NCBI RefSeq assembly: GCF_036365525.1
Contig: NC_090411.1
Coordinates: 26,796,819-26,860,818, forward strand
DNA from: Heterodontus francisci
Lineage: Eukaryota
Reading direction: 5' to 3'
Length of the DNA: 64,000 bases
The translations under genes were made by a program, and so were the position numbers. The notes below the pieces were generated by a model. The model was not told the DNA's origin, did no database searches, and was given only the letters and a program-made list of their open reading frames with translations. Below are positions 62,016-64,000 of the stretch, piece by piece (position 1 is the stretch's first letter; each line of letters begins with the position of its first letter).

Positions 62016-63838
62016 CATCCATCGCTGGATTGCCGCAGGTGCAGGGCATCACCCATTGCACCATCAGGCTTCTGATTATCTGGTTCCGGTGCCTGGACTT
62101 GTCAGGTGGTGCCCTGCACTACACTCCTGCAAGGGTCTCACTCATTGTGGTCGTCTGCTGCGCTCTCCATGGCCCTCCAGAGAGGCGTGGACCTTTAAGA
62201 GGGTGAGGCACTGGAATGGCACAGCTCATCGGAGAAAGAGGAAGAGCAGGAGATGGAAAAGGAGGAAGATGCAGAGCAGAGAGGTGACCCAGCTGCACAG
62301 GGAGGTGGCCAGGCCAGTGGCAGGACTCGGTGGGAGGGGGGGATCTCATCAGGGTGCCATCAACGTCAGAGATCATTTAATCCAAGCATGCTTCAGCTCA
62401 GCCCTTCCAACCCAGGAAGGCGGCATGGTCTGCAACTCACTTTTAGCTGCCTGTGACAGCAATTCCATTGAAGACACAGCCTTGAATAAATCCATTCTTA
62501 CCATCAATGAATGCTGCAGATCTGTCCCCTTCACTGACCCTTGCTTCCTTTCACCACCTCTGCCCTCTTTTCCAGTCTCACCATTAAAGAATGGAAGCTC
62601 ACACGTCTGGCTTCATGTGTCAATACTTATATTGTGTTCAAAAAGTTAAAAAAAAGTGCACATTGAGAGGTGAGGGCAAACCCCAGTGAACCACTCGGCC
62701 CGATGCAGTGGCCTCCACTCTTGGCCACTTCTACGCGGTGCTCTCCATGAGGCCTCAGATGGGTGGAGGCTTGTCTCTGCTAGCGGCTGAGATGCACGTG
62801 GCCGTTGTCCTCATCATGGAGGTGCCAGTGGAGGCACATCCAGAGGCAGCTCCACCGGGGTCAATGCAGGGGCAGCCTCTGGATCTCAGAGTAGCCAAGG
62901 AGGCCGATGATGATGATGGTGCCCCATGAGGGATGGCACACTCATCCTCCTTGGTTACTGCCTCAGATAGCTGGAGGGGACCACCAGCTGCAGTGCAACT
63001 GGCATCCACTCCAATCATCTCTGCACCACTGACGAGTGCATGCTACAGAGCGTTGCACGTCAATGCACTGTTCCTGCATCTACGCAGAGTGCTGCCACAT
63101 ATGGCTCTCCATGAGGTTGGCCATTCTCTCAGTGGAGGAGCTCATGCGTTTGAAAACCTGAGCCATGAATGGACTCCTCCGTTCTCAGCCCATGACCCCA
63201 CACTGCCTTAGGGAACTGTGACATTTGGGTGCACATCTATTTGCTCCTAGTCTAAGTACAGCCTCCTTTCCTGTGACTCTGTCCTCCATCCTCTGAGAGG
63301 GACTGCTCGCAGCTGCCTCTGCCTCTCTCACCTCCTCCTGCTCACTCATGACATGCACTTTACCCAGTGCCACCCTATCTAATCACATGCGAGGAATCGC
63401 CGATGTGAGTGTAGGGTGCACTTGTAAGATGTGACGGTGCTGGCTCTGCTGCCTCTGTTTCTTGTGAGTGGTGTGGTGCCATTGCAAGACTCTGGCATTC
63501 CTCCTCCACTTCAGAACCTGGGAGACACAAGAAGAGAGCATGAGAACCAGTCTTTGAGAACAGAAGCCTCTGCAGTGGTGAGGCTTCACAGTGCAGCTGA
63601 GTCTTTGCCATGCTGTTGGATAGAGAGGAGTGCACCCCACCCCTTTCATCTACAGATTTCAATATGTTTTCACCCTCTCCTTCAGGTATGTCCATCTTTC
63701 CTTCACTGACATGATCTAGAGGGGCCACCTCCATGGCTCCCTCCTCCATGGCAGTCACGTTGTGGAGACGGGGCATTCCTCTTCCTGTCAGAGCAATTTC
63801 TCTGGCATTGTGCCACCCTTTTCTCCTACAAGGACAAA

Positions 63839-63862
63839 AGAGAGAGAGAGAGAGAGAGAGAG
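63839..63862. repeat. (AG)12 microsatellite
   Basis: Direct reading. Confidence 0.9.
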
Positions 63863-64000
63863 ATAAAGCACTGCTGGCCTCTGTGACCAATGCCAGCAGC
63901 TCATCGACATAGGAAGCTGCATGTATCAGAGCTCATAAGTCGTCAGCAGTGCTGAGGGGTCAGTGAGTACCCTGGGAAACATGGCTCCCATGTTCAGGAG

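Larger units (their letters stand above)
60740..64000. mobile_element. Decayed PIF/Harbinger transposon: transposase remnant on + (about 61270-62400) and Myb/SANT-like partner gene remnant on - (about 62700-64000)
   Basis: HARBI1-like peptides RVYRRRWSYLD, LPVAIKVTVALNFFASGSFQG, VTDALFARAGQYIQF, IAGLPQVQG; minus-strand HNAREIALTGRG motif; end-like GGGCAGGATTT at 60740. Confidence 0.8.

Noticed and set aside
59745-64000. 5' exons of TMEM150B
   Set aside because: No PYIS-encoding or start exon found by eye; they are probably beyond the window

Overview
Repeat-rich vertebrate genomic DNA, most likely from a cartilaginous fish (inferred from HE1-like V-SINEs, DeuSINE/SacSINE1-like elements and abundant CR1 LINEs). 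The left 42 kb holds a + strand tandem array of four-exon ferritin genes of the M/middle-chain type: three intact copies (176, 176 and 175 aa) and one pseudogene. All three intact copies carry Lys at the ferroxidase Glu62 position and lack a recognisable 5'UTR IRE. Positions 1-3640 recur at 30002-33641 almost identically. A near full-length CR1 with open ORF1 and ORF2 (27.6-31.6 kb) has a U_UUA_AAC slippery site at the ORF junction and no usable ORF2 AUG. The right part holds the last four exons of TMEM150B (- strand), including a GT-AG U12-type intron, and a decayed PIF/Harbinger transposon with a perfect 270-bp internal inverted duplication. All alignments, counts and family assignments were made by eye or from memory; repeat boundaries are approximate.
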